From positions 41,120 to 105,119 of the forward strand of contig JAJDTE010000067.1 of NCBI GenBank assembly GCA_022827325.1: a DNA stretch of 64,000 bases, written 5' to 3'. The stretch is from Gammaproteobacteria bacterium (GTDB lineage: Bacteria > Pseudomonadota > Gammaproteobacteria > Arenicellales > Poriferihabitantaceae). Shown here one piece after another: positions 15,641 through 24,416 of this stretch. The notes below the pieces were generated by a model that was given only the letters and a program-made list of their open reading frames with translations, was not told where the DNA came from and made no database searches. The translations under genes and the position numbers were made by a program. Every line of letters starts with the position of its first letter. Positions within the stretch are counted from its first letter, which is position 1.

Positions 15641-16972
15641 TCAACCGAGCAACGACGCGATCGATTCCTCGAGAATATCCAGTCCCCGCCCGAGCTGATC
15701 GTCCGGCACGGTGAGCGGCACCAGCAGCCGGATCACGTTTCCGTAAGTACCGCAGGACAGGAGGATCAGCCCCCTGTCCCTGGCCGTGGCGAGGATTTTC
15801 CCGGTGAGCTCGGCATCGGGCTGGTGGATGTCGCCATCCCGGAACAGTTCCATCGCCACCATGGCCCCGAGGCCCCGCACTTCGCCGATTTCCCGGTATT
15901 TCCCCGCCAGGGTGTTCAGCCGGTCGGTCATCATGCCACCGATGGTCCGGGAGCGGTCCACGAGGCTCTCCTCCTCGAACGCCTCCAGTACCGCAAGGGC
16001 CGCCGCGCAGGCAATGGGGCTGCCGCCGTAGGTGCCGCCGAGACCCCCGGCACCGATGGCGTCGACGACATCCTCCCGTCCGGTCATGCCGGAAAGCGGG
16101 AAGCCGCCGGCGATGGACTTGGCGAAGGCCGTGATATCCGCGGCAACCCCCATCTGTTCCATGGCGAAGAAGGTGCCGGTACGACCGGCGCCGGTCTGCA
16201 CCTCGTCCGCTATCAGCAGGATCCCGTGCTCGTCACACAGGGCACGCAGGCGCTGCATGAACGACGGCGTGGCGACGTAGAACCCGCCTTCTCCCTGCAC
16301 GGGCTCCAGAAGGACCGCCGCGATGTCGCCGGGTTCCGCGTCATTCTTGAAGATCCGGTGAATCGAGGCGATGGCGTCGTCCTCACTCACACCGTGGAGC
16401 GCACAGGGATAGTCCGCGCGGAACACTCCGCCCGGCATCAGGCCCATGCCGGTACGGTACGGCGCCACCTTGCCGGTCAGCGCCAGGGTCGCCAGAGTGC
16501 GGCCGTGGTAGCCGGATGTGAAGGCAATCACGCCGGTGCGTCCGGTAAAGGCCCGCGCGGCTTTCACCGCGTTCTCCACCGCCTCCGCGCCGGTAACGAA
16601 CAGCGCACTCTTCTTCGCGAAATCCCCCGGGACGAGACGGTTCAGCCGCTCACAAACGGAAATGTAGTTCTCGTATCCCAGCACCATGAAGCAGGTATGG
16701 GAAAAGGCCTCCATCTGCTCCAGGACCGCGGCCTTCACCCTGGGATGCATGTGGCCGGTGTTGAGCACCGCGATACCGCCGGCGAAGTCGAGGTATTCGC
16801 GGCCTTCCACGTCCCAGACCGTGGCGTTTTCCGCGCGCTCGACGTAGATGGGATGGATCGCCCCGACACCCCGGGCCACCGCCGCCTGGCGCCTGGCCAG
16901 CAGGGATTCGTTGGTTGCGGTACCGGACTGGAGGCCGGACACGGATTTCAGTTGTTCTGCGCTGGCTGACAT
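15641..16972 (-). CDS. gabT: 4-aminobutyrate--2-oxoglutarate aminotransferase
   Basis: ORF 15641-17044; the likely start is ATG 16972. Long near-identical stretches to E. coli GabT include VWDVEGREYLDFAGGIAVLNTGH, GDFAKK, SEDDAIASIHRIFKNDA, EPVQGEGGFY, FMQRLRALCDEHGI.LIADEVQ.GAGRTGT.FAMEQMGV and FAKSIAGGFPL. Confidence 0.93.
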   Translation of the reverse strand: MSASAEQLKSVSGLQSGTATNESLLARRQAAVARGVGAIHPIYVERAENATVWDVEGREYLDFAGGIAVLNTGHMHPRVKAAVLEQMEAFSHTCFMVLGYENYISVCERLNRLVPGDFAKKSALFVTGAEAVENAVKAARAFTGRTGVIAFTSGYHGRTLATLALTGKVAPYRTGMGLMPGGVFRADYPCALHGVSEDDAIASIHRIFKNDAEPGDIAAVLLEPVQGEGGFYVATPSFMQRLRALCDEHGILLIADEVQTGAGRTGTFFAMEQMGVAADITAFAKSIAGGFPLSGMTGREDVVDAIGAGGLGGTYGGSPIACAAALAVLEAFEEESLVDRSRTIGGMMTDRLNTLAGKYREIGEVRGLGAMVAMELFRDGDIHQPDAELTGKILATARDRGLILLSCGTYGNVIRLLVPLTVPDDQLGRGLDILEESIASLLG

Positions 16973-17199
16973 GTTCGTCTCGCTCTCAGGGTGGTGATGC
17001 CCGCCGTGACAGACCGGATTGCGGCTGCCCGGACGGGATGGCAAATCATATGGTAGTCCCCGGCCCTGCTGTTTTCCAGCATCCCGCGCAATTTATTACT
17101 GGTTTCTTCCTTCCGGTTATCCGGCAGTCCGACAAGACCGCAACCACGGTATGAACCGTCCCCGCAGTCCTGCCTCCTGCCGGCAGACCCCCCGCAGGT

Positions 17200-18060
17200 T
17201 CAGCCGGGCGGCCGCACGAGACACCCCACCTTGGCGCCCAGACTCCTGGCCGTACGCATCTGCCGGTAGAGCCGCGAGAAACCGTGAAGGAAGATCACGG
17301 CGGGATTGACAGTCTCCAGCGGCGGCAAGACGCCGTAGACCACCTTTTCGCGCTCTTCCTCGAACGTGCCGAACAGCCGGTCCCACACGATGAAGACGCC
17401 GCCGTAGTTCTTGTCCACGTACTGCGGGTTCGAGCCGTGGTGAACGCGGTGGTGCGAGGGCGTGTTCATCACCGCCTCGACGGGCCGGGGCAACTTGCCG
17501 ATTGCCTCGGTGTGAAGCAACGTCTGGTAGAGCTGCACGAAGGCCTCGGCGAAGAACACGACGAGGGGGTCGAAGCCCGCGATCACCAGCGGGATATGGA
17601 AGGGCAGCGGGAACACACCGTCGAGCGGGCCGAAGCGGTAGGCCACCGAGATGTTGAAGAACGGCGATGAATGGTGGACCGTGTGGGTCGCCCACCCGAT
17701 CCCCACCCGGTGCGTGAACCGGTGCTCCCAGTAGTAGGCGAGATCGGCCAGCACAACGCACAGCGCGATGGACCAGGCCGTGGTCGGGATGTCGAACACC
17801 CGCCAGTAATAGTGGACGTGGTAATAGGCAGCGATGTAGAACGTCGCGAGCAGTCCGTAGGCAATCAGCAGGAAGGCGATCAGCGTGGCGAAGTTGGCGA
17901 GGGTGTCGCCGATCAGGGTCCAGGTAAGCGTCTTCCTGAAGGCGTAGCGGACGAGTTCGAACAGCAGGAAGGCGCTCGCGGCGAGGAAGATCCACTCGTC
18001 GAGCAGAATCTCCCAGTCGTAGACCCGATTGACCGGGATGGGTCGGTCAAGAAAATCCAT
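17200..18060 (-). CDS. Fatty acid hydroxylase / sterol desaturase family membrane protein
   Basis: ORF 17200-18147; the likely start is ATG 18060. Histidine-box motifs HRFTHR, HTVHH and HHRVHH in a polytopic protein. Confidence 0.8.
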   Translation of the reverse strand: MDFLDRPIPVNRVYDWEILLDEWIFLAASAFLLFELVRYAFRKTLTWTLIGDTLANFATLIAFLLIAYGLLATFYIAAYYHVHYYWRVFDIPTTAWSIALCVVLADLAYYWEHRFTHRVGIGWATHTVHHSSPFFNISVAYRFGPLDGVFPLPFHIPLVIAGFDPLVVFFAEAFVQLYQTLLHTEAIGKLPRPVEAVMNTPSHHRVHHGSNPQYVDKNYGGVFIVWDRLFGTFEEEREKVVYGVLPPLETVNPAVIFLHGFSRLYRQMRTARSLGAKVGCLVRPPG

Positions 18061-18375
18061 GGCCGTCCCTCCAGGTTCGGCAGAAAACGATGAGATAGGC
18101 TGACACCCCCAGAGCATGGCGAGCATCCACGGCAACCGGAGCGTCATCTCACGCCGAGTCGCATGGCCGATTCCGGTGGGCGGACAGTGCTGGTTCAGAA
18201 ACTGATGAAAGTTGCAGCCCTGTCAACCAGCGGATATAAGCCCCAAAGGAAAAAATACAAGGTCATGAAACGATGCCGGAATTGCCTTGTTCACGGGTGG
18301 GCTCAAGATGACCGTACCAGGATCACAGCCGTCACCGAAGTGCGCCATGCCCACACGAGTCCTTTCTCCATCCCG

Positions 18376-19596
18376 CTAGTAACCTGTGAGTTCCATGTAA
18401 CCCCAACCGGATACCGGCGCACCGTTCCAGGTTCCGTCTACATTCACCAGTCCCTCGTAATAGCGAAAGGCCATGTCCATCACCTGGTCGTCAATTGCCG
18501 GCGTGACGGTGAGTGCCCAGGGGACTTCCGGGGAGTCTGCCCGCAGACGCCAGGCGACGGGATACGTGGTTTCATGGCCAGGGGCGGTCCAGTACCCGGT
18601 GGGTTCAAGGCTGATACCGCCGGGGTCCAGTGAGGTTTTTCGATTCGCCGGGTCAAGCAGCGCGGCGGACAGGTACGGAGGATTGCCTGCCTCCCTGACC
18701 TGGAAAATCACCAGCCTGTACCCGTTGTCGAGATTGAGGGAGAACCAGTCCCATCCGCTTTGCCCGGGTGCCAGTACCGCGCTGGACCATTCCCTGTCCA
18801 TCCAGGTCTGTCCCCGGACGGAAAAGATCTCCTCCCCGAGGCGCACCGTTCCCCGGGTCGACAGACCGGGCATGGAATAGTAGTAGCTGGCGGCCCGTTC
18901 GTCCGCGGTTTTGACGCTGTATCCACGATCGCCCTGCAGCACGGGCGGCAGTGCGGCCTCCACGACGAGGTCCAGCGCCAGTTCACCGGTCCCGGCAGTC
19001 AACCGGGCGGTAAAGCAGCCATCACAGGCTTCATTCCTGCCGGTCGCCCTTGCCGACCAGCCGTTGACCCAGATGGCGAGCGGCGCCGCCTCGGCCCCGG
19101 CGAGTCCCAGCGCCCCGCGGGCGAAGTCTTCCCGGGCGGTGAAGCGTTCTCCATCCACGTCCGTCAGCGCCAGGTGCGCCATCCATGACTGGTCCGAAGA
19201 CCAGGCGGAATCGGGCCGGACGCCGGCGCCCCCCGTACGGAAGCGAAAGAATGTGAGCTGATAGCCGAACACCCTGCCCGCGGGACTCTCCAGCCGGCCC
19301 GTGAAATACCACCATTCCTGGCGGAAATCGGGGTGGGGACCGTGGTCCCGGGGAAACTCGATGGCGTAACCCGGAACCACCGGCCTGAACTGCTCCTCTG
19401 CCGGCATGGACAGAAAGGCGATAAGATCCTCCCGGGACCGGGATTCGTCCTCGGACCCGGTTTCCGCACCACGGAACAATACGGTCAGCAGTCCGGCCAG
19501 GGCCAGCATGACCGCTATGACCGCCCACCGAAGGACGCGGCCTGCCGTGAAATGCGCGTACTCAGTCTTCACGAAGCCTCCGGATCTCCTCTCCAC
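18376..19596 (-). CDS. AttH-like secreted lipocalin/CrtC (hydroxyneurosporene synthase)-family protein
   Basis: 406 aa with an N-terminal TM/signal. The motif HPDFRQEWWYFTGRL...GYQLTFFR is typical of the CrtC/AttH family. It lies directly downstream of an FtsX-type permease, as in attEFGH-type loci. The start is uncertain because the ORF overlaps the permease gene by 35 nt. Confidence 0.75.
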   Translation of the reverse strand: MERRSGGFVKTEYAHFTAGRVLRWAVIAVMLALAGLLTVLFRGAETGSEDESRSREDLIAFLSMPAEEQFRPVVPGYAIEFPRDHGPHPDFRQEWWYFTGRLESPAGRVFGYQLTFFRFRTGGAGVRPDSAWSSDQSWMAHLALTDVDGERFTAREDFARGALGLAGAEAAPLAIWVNGWSARATGRNEACDGCFTARLTAGTGELALDLVVEAALPPVLQGDRGYSVKTADERAASYYYSMPGLSTRGTVRLGEEIFSVRGQTWMDREWSSAVLAPGQSGWDWFSLNLDNGYRLVIFQVREAGNPPYLSAALLDPANRKTSLDPGGISLEPTGYWTAPGHETTYPVAWRLRADSPEVPWALTVTPAIDDQVMDMAFRYYEGLVNVDGTWNGAPVSGWGYMELTGY

Positions 19597-22057
19597 CCCG
19601 GAAGCGCCATGCCGGGTAGACCGCTGCCGCCAGGGCGGCCGCCACCGACAGCGCCACCGCCTGCCATGCCAGGTTCCAGTTCACCAGGCTTTCCATGGAC
19701 CAGCCGAAGGACCGCACATTGATGACCCGGATGAGGATCAGGGACAACAGCATTCCCAGGGGCACGGCCACCAGCCCCGCAGCCAGACCGGCAAGCCCGG
19801 ACTCCAGAACCAGCAGGCCCCCGATCTGCCGCCGGCTGAAACCGATCGCCGACAGCATGGCGAACTCCCGCCGGCGTTCCAGCAGCAATGCCATCAGCGC
19901 CGACAGAATCCCAATCACCGCTACGATCACCGCAAGCAGACGCAGTACCGCCGTGATCCGGAATGTATGGTCAAACACCGCGAGCGAGGTCTGCCGCAGG
20001 TCGCGGTTGGAACGGATGAACATTCCGTAGGGTGCGCCGGGACGGCTCTGGACGGTCCCGATCGTCTGCGCCACATCGGCGCCGGGCGCCAGATACAGGG
20101 CGGCCGAGACCTGGCGGCGATCATCGAAGTACCGGTTCCAGGTACGCCGGTCCATGGTCACCAGGCCGTGTTCGCTGGAGTAGTCCCGGTACACCGCGGC
20201 AATGGAAAATCCGTGCATTCCACGATCCGTGGGCAACTCGACCCGGTCACCCGGGACAAGGCGCAGCCGGAGGGCCAGCGATTCGGTGATCAGGACCTCG
20301 CCGTCCCTGTGGAACCGGCTCCAGAGATCCTGGTCCTGGCCGTCGATGATCCGGAAACCGTCGAATCCCTCCCTAGGCATGTCCACCGCGAATACGGTGA
20401 GGGGTCCGTGGTCGGTACCGAGGTCGACCCGGCGCCCGGTACTCAGGTAGCGCAGCTTCGGCAATCCGCGCAGTTCCGCGAGGAAATCTTCCGTCAGGGC
20501 AGAGTCCCCTTCCTGGCCGGTACTGAGGTATACGTCGGCGCGCAGGTAGTGGGCAAGCCAGTCTTCCACGGAGAAACGGAAACTCTGGATCATCAGTTCA
20601 ATGCCCAGGGTGGCGGAAACCGCCACCGACAGCGCCGCAACGGCCACGCCGGTCCGGTCCAGGTGGCGGCCGGCATTGCCGAGCGCCACCTTCGGCACCA
20701 GTTGCCAGTTTCCCGGCCGGAAGACGGCGCCCGCCCGGGAACCCTGGTGGAGCAGCCACGGCCCGAGCAGTGACAGGGCGCATATCAGGAAGAACAGTCC
20801 GGCAAAGGGCAGGACCAGAGTATCCTCCGGCCAGAGAATCAGCATGGCCGCGAGGACCCCAAACCCCAGTGCCGACGGAAACAGCCATGGCAGCAGGCGC
20901 TCAAGTCTCCGGGCTCCCGCCGTTTCGTGGAGCAGCACCACCGGCGCCTCCCGGGTGGCCGCCAGAATAGGTGCGAGCCCGGCAAGCACGCTGGCCGCCA
21001 GGCCCACCAGCAGGGCCTTGGCAGCCGTCCAGGCGGAAAGGACCGGTACCGGATTCCCGAGCTCGTGGTACAGGGCGTCGATCGTGCCGCCCACCAGCAC
21101 TGTCAGCACATCCGCCAGGACGCCGCCGAGCAGTATTCCGGAGACGGTGCCGAACGCCCCGATCAGCACCACTTCGGTCAGCAGCACCAGGGAGACCTGG
21201 CCGCCGGTGACGCCCATCGCGCCCAGCAATCCCAGTAACCGCCTGCGCCTGATCACCTGGAAGCTGACCGCACTGTAGACCAGGAACATGGCGACCACCA
21301 GGGCGAGCAGGCTGAGCGCGGTGAGGTTGATTCGAAACGCGCGGCTCATGTCCTGCCGGGCACCATGGTGGATGCCGAGATCGATCAGCCTCGTATCGGC
21401 GGGCAGCAGGGCGCGCAGGACACTTTCTTCCCCCGGCCGAAGGCGCAGGTCCACGTGGCTGATGCGGCCCTGCATGGCAAGAAAATCCTGGGCCCAGGAA
21501 ATGTCCGTCACCAGCAGCCTGGATTCCGATTCGCCGGGGATCGTGAGCGTGCCGGCCCATTGAAAGGCCTGCCTGCGGCTGCCATGCTCCAGCACCACGT
21601 AGTCGTCTTTCATCCCCGCCAGACCATCCGGCCCGAACAATGGCCAGGGGATTTCCGCCTCGCCTTCCGGACCGGGTTCGCCCGTGAACTGGTCAAGGTG
21701 AAAATTCCGCAGCCGGTAATCGCTCAGCGGGTCCACCCCCATCAGGGTCCAGCGTTCCCCGCTGCCCGCGATCGACACCCGGGCACTGATCACCGGCGCG
21801 GCAGCCTGGATACCCGCATCCACGCGCACGACGCGGTAGAGCGATTCATCCAGCGCCCGGGTACTTCCGGAGAGGCGGTGGGTGGCGGCCCCGTCCATGA
21901 TCCGGCCTGCCCGGTGGAATTCCGCCATCGCCGAATCGTTGGCGATGTCGACGCCCACGACCACGGACACGCCCGCGGCCACGCTGAGCACAGTCAGCAC
22001 CAGCTGCCAGGGACTCCTCAGCAGGTCCCGGGCAAGCGCGAGTACTACCAGTCCCAT
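19562..22057 (-). CDS. ABC transporter permease, FtsX/MacB-like, two-module (AttF/G-like)
   Basis: ORF 19562-22483. The likely start is ATG 22057, which overlaps the ATPase stop (ATGGGACTGGTAG). This gives [30 protein letters not shown], the typical FtsX N-terminus. The protein has two 4-TM FtsX modules. Confidence 0.85.
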   Translation of the reverse strand: MGLVVLALARDLLRSPWQLVLTVLSVAAGVSVVVGVDIANDSAMAEFHRAGRIMDGAATHRLSGSTRALDESLYRVVRVDAGIQAAAPVISARVSIAGSGERWTLMGVDPLSDYRLRNFHLDQFTGEPGPEGEAEIPWPLFGPDGLAGMKDDYVVLEHGSRRQAFQWAGTLTIPGESESRLLVTDISWAQDFLAMQGRISHVDLRLRPGEESVLRALLPADTRLIDLGIHHGARQDMSRAFRINLTALSLLALVVAMFLVYSAVSFQVIRRRRLLGLLGAMGVTGGQVSLVLLTEVVLIGAFGTVSGILLGGVLADVLTVLVGGTIDALYHELGNPVPVLSAWTAAKALLVGLAASVLAGLAPILAATREAPVVLLHETAGARRLERLLPWLFPSALGFGVLAAMLILWPEDTLVLPFAGLFFLICALSLLGPWLLHQGSRAGAVFRPGNWQLVPKVALGNAGRHLDRTGVAVAALSVAVSATLGIELMIQSFRFSVEDWLAHYLRADVYLSTGQEGDSALTEDFLAELRGLPKLRYLSTGRRVDLGTDHGPLTVFAVDMPREGFDGFRIIDGQDQDLWSRFHRDGEVLITESLALRLRLVPGDRVELPTDRGMHGFSIAAVYRDYSSEHGLVTMDRRTWNRYFDDRRQVSAALYLAPGADVAQTIGTVQSRPGAPYGMFIRSNRDLRQTSLAVFDHTFRITAVLRLLAVIVAVIGILSALMALLLERRREFAMLSAIGFSRRQIGGLLVLESGLAGLAAGLVAVPLGMLLSLILIRVINVRSFGWSMESLVNWNLAWQAVALSVAAALAAAVYPAWRFRGGEEIRRLRED

Positions 22058-22734
22058 GGACCCAGCACACCGTCCGCGATGCGCAGCCGGCGCCCGGCCG
22101 CGGAGGCGGCCCGGCGGCTGTGGGTCGCCATCACGACGCAGGTCCCCTGTTCCGCAAGGCTGCCCAGCAATCCGATCACCGCCTCCCCCCGTTCCCGGTC
22201 GAGATTGCCCGTCGGCTCGTCCGCAAGGACCACGGGCGGCCCGTGCACTGCCGCACGCAGTACCGCCAGTCTCTGCTGCTCCCCACCGGACAGGGTTTCC
22301 GGATAGGCATTGCGCCGCTCCGCCAGGCCGAATTCCGAGAGCATGCTGTCGATTCGGTCCCCGGGCCCGTCGATACCGTTGAGAGCCAGCGGCAACTGCA
22401 GGTTCTCCGTCACCGTGAGCGTGGGCACCAGGTTGAAAAACTGGAACACCAGGCCGATGTATCGGCGCCGGTGACGGGTACACGCGTCACCGCCCAGCGC
22501 GGCGAGATCTTCGCCCGCCACACGGACGATCCCGGTGTCCGGGCGGTCCAGGCCGGCGAGGAGATTCAGCAGGGTGGATTTGCCGGAGCCGCTGGGCCCG
22601 CCGATCGCGACAAAATCGCCGGCTCGTGCGGTAAAATCCAGCGAAGTGAGGATCCGGCGGGTGCTGTCGCCCTCGCGGTAGGATTTGGCGACTCCCTGGA
22701 GATCGATCACCGCTTCGCTGTCTTTCGCCATCAC
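22045..22734 (-). CDS. ABC transporter ATP-binding protein (LolD/MacB-type)
   Basis: Walker [10 protein letters not shown], signature LSGGEQQR and Walker [13 protein letters not shown]. Confidence 0.92.
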   Translation of the reverse strand: MMAKDSEAVIDLQGVAKSYREGDSTRRILTSLDFTARAGDFVAIGGPSGSGKSTLLNLLAGLDRPDTGIVRVAGEDLAALGGDACTRHRRRYIGLVFQFFNLVPTLTVTENLQLPLALNGIDGPGDRIDSMLSEFGLAERRNAYPETLSGGEQQRLAVLRAAVHGPPVVLADEPTGNLDRERGEAVIGLLGSLAEQGTCVVMATHSRRAASAAGRRLRIADGVLGPWDW

Positions 22735-23071
22735 TCTACCTTTTTCCCGCGATCACGAATTTCTGTTAATGGGTAAACCTTATGTTTCCGCGAAGCAACA
22801 CCCACGGATTACAGCAGGAAAACCGCGATCTCTCCTGAAAGAGCACCCGCAACACCGTCTTTCGCGGGGTGCCGGCATGCTGGGACGGGCCCATGCAAGG
22901 ATCTGCCGATGTCCATTCCCAACCTGTGCAGTTCATTGCATACCTCCGGCATCCTTCGCAATTGTGCGGACGCGTGGCTTGGGTCAAGATCATCGGATTC
23001 TCCATTTTGATGCTCACGGAGAGTAGCAACCCCCTCTAATCACTCAACTGAATTTACGTTTGGGCTCTGAG

Positions 23072-24403
23072 ATGAACTGGCGGCAATTATTGATCATACC
23101 CCCGATCCTGGTGGGGATTGCGTTTTTCTATTGGATGAACCTGGAGGACAGGCGCGGAGAAGAGGCCGCTCCCCGGGAAGAGGCGCTCGCAGTGCGGGTC
23201 ACCGAAGTTGCGGCGACACCGTTCCGGCCTTCGGTCACCGGTTACGGCCGCGTCGCGGCCGCATCGACCTGGTCTGCGATCAGCCAGGTCCAGGGGCGGG
23301 CCTTGGAAGTGAATCCCGAAATTTCTCCCGGCCGGATCGTGGATGAAGGAGACCTTCTCGTCGCCATCGATCCGCGCGACTACGAGATCGCGCTGGCGAA
23401 AGCCGAGACTGCGAGGGACAGTGCAACGGCCTCGCTTCGCGAACTGGATGCGACGGCCGCAAACACGAGGGAAACCCTGAAACTCGAACGGCGCATCGAG
23501 GCTTTCCTGCAGACCGAGTTCGAACGGCAGTCGAACCTCCTCGAGCGCGGCAATGTTGCGCAGTCCGTCGTGGACCAGTCGACGCGGACGCTGCTTGCCC
23601 AGCAGAAGGTCGTCCTGGAGCTGGAGAACCGGCTGAACCTGGTGCCGGTGCAGCGCGAGATCCACGAAACATCCCTTGCCACCCGGCGCGCCGAAATCGA
23701 GGAGGCCGGACGGAACCTGCAACGAACCCGGATCGTGGCGCCCCTGACGGGCAGGATATCCCGGAAATCGGTGTCTCTAGGGCAGTTCGTCCGGACCGGC
23801 GACAACCTACTGACCATCGAGTCCATCGATACCGCGGAAATCCTGGCCGAATTCCGCCCGCAGACGCTCAACAACTTTTTCCGGCTGCTCTTCGGTGACG
23901 ACCTGCCCGACCTGGTGGTCAGCGAGGACATGAAGGAAGCGTTCGAGATCGTCGCAGGCCTCGACCTCGTCGTCACCGTCCACTCGACGATCAACGACAG
24001 ATTTGTCTGGCCGGCGAAACTGACGCGTTTTTCCGGCCGCGCGGATGAGCAGACAGGCGCGGTCGGCATCGTGGTTGAGGTCGACGACCCCGGATTCCCC
24101 GACCCGGCCACCCGGCGGCCGCCCCTGATCAACGGCTCCTTCGTCGAAGTCCGCCTGTCTGCGCCCGAACCGGCCAGTTCCATCCGCATCGAGCGGAACG
24201 CCCTGCGGACAGACCCGGACGGAGTCGACTTCGTGTTCCTGGCAGACGGGGACTCCCGCCTTGCGCGCCGCGATGTCGTTGTCGGTCCGGTTGCCGGCGA
24301 CCAGGTCGTCGTGCTTGCCGGTCTCGCCGAGGGCGACAGGGTCGTTCTGTCGGACCCGCAGCCGGCCGTCTACGGCATGTTGCTAGCCCCCGTGACGAAC
24401 TGA
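23072..24403 (+). CDS. Efflux RND transporter periplasmic adaptor subunit (HlyD/MFP family)
   Basis: ORF 23060-24403; ATG 23072 is the preferred start. It has an N-terminal TM, a coiled-coil hairpin region and beta-barrel motifs (TRIVAPLTGRISRKSVSLGQFV). Confidence 0.85.
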   Translation: MNWRQLLIIPPILVGIAFFYWMNLEDRRGEEAAPREEALAVRVTEVAATPFRPSVTGYGRVAAASTWSAISQVQGRALEVNPEISPGRIVDEGDLLVAIDPRDYEIALAKAETARDSATASLRELDATAANTRETLKLERRIEAFLQTEFERQSNLLERGNVAQSVVDQSTRTLLAQQKVVLELENRLNLVPVQREIHETSLATRRAEIEEAGRNLQRTRIVAPLTGRISRKSVSLGQFVRTGDNLLTIESIDTAEILAEFRPQTLNNFFRLLFGDDLPDLVVSEDMKEAFEIVAGLDLVVTVHSTINDRFVWPAKLTRFSGRADEQTGAVGIVVEVDDPGFPDPATRRPPLINGSFVEVRLSAPEPASSIRIERNALRTDPDGVDFVFLADGDSRLARRDVVVGPVAGDQVVVLAGLAEGDRVVLSDPQPAVYGMLLAPVTN

Positions 24404-24416
24404 GAGGCCGGGACGG

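Noticed and set aside
22058-22483. A 141-codon N-terminal extension of the permease ORF; the track gives 973 aa.
   Set aside because: The extension overlaps the ABC ATPase gene in another frame and is Pro/Gly/Arg-rich. The ATG at 22057 gives the canonical FtsX N-terminus and a classic start/stop overlap.
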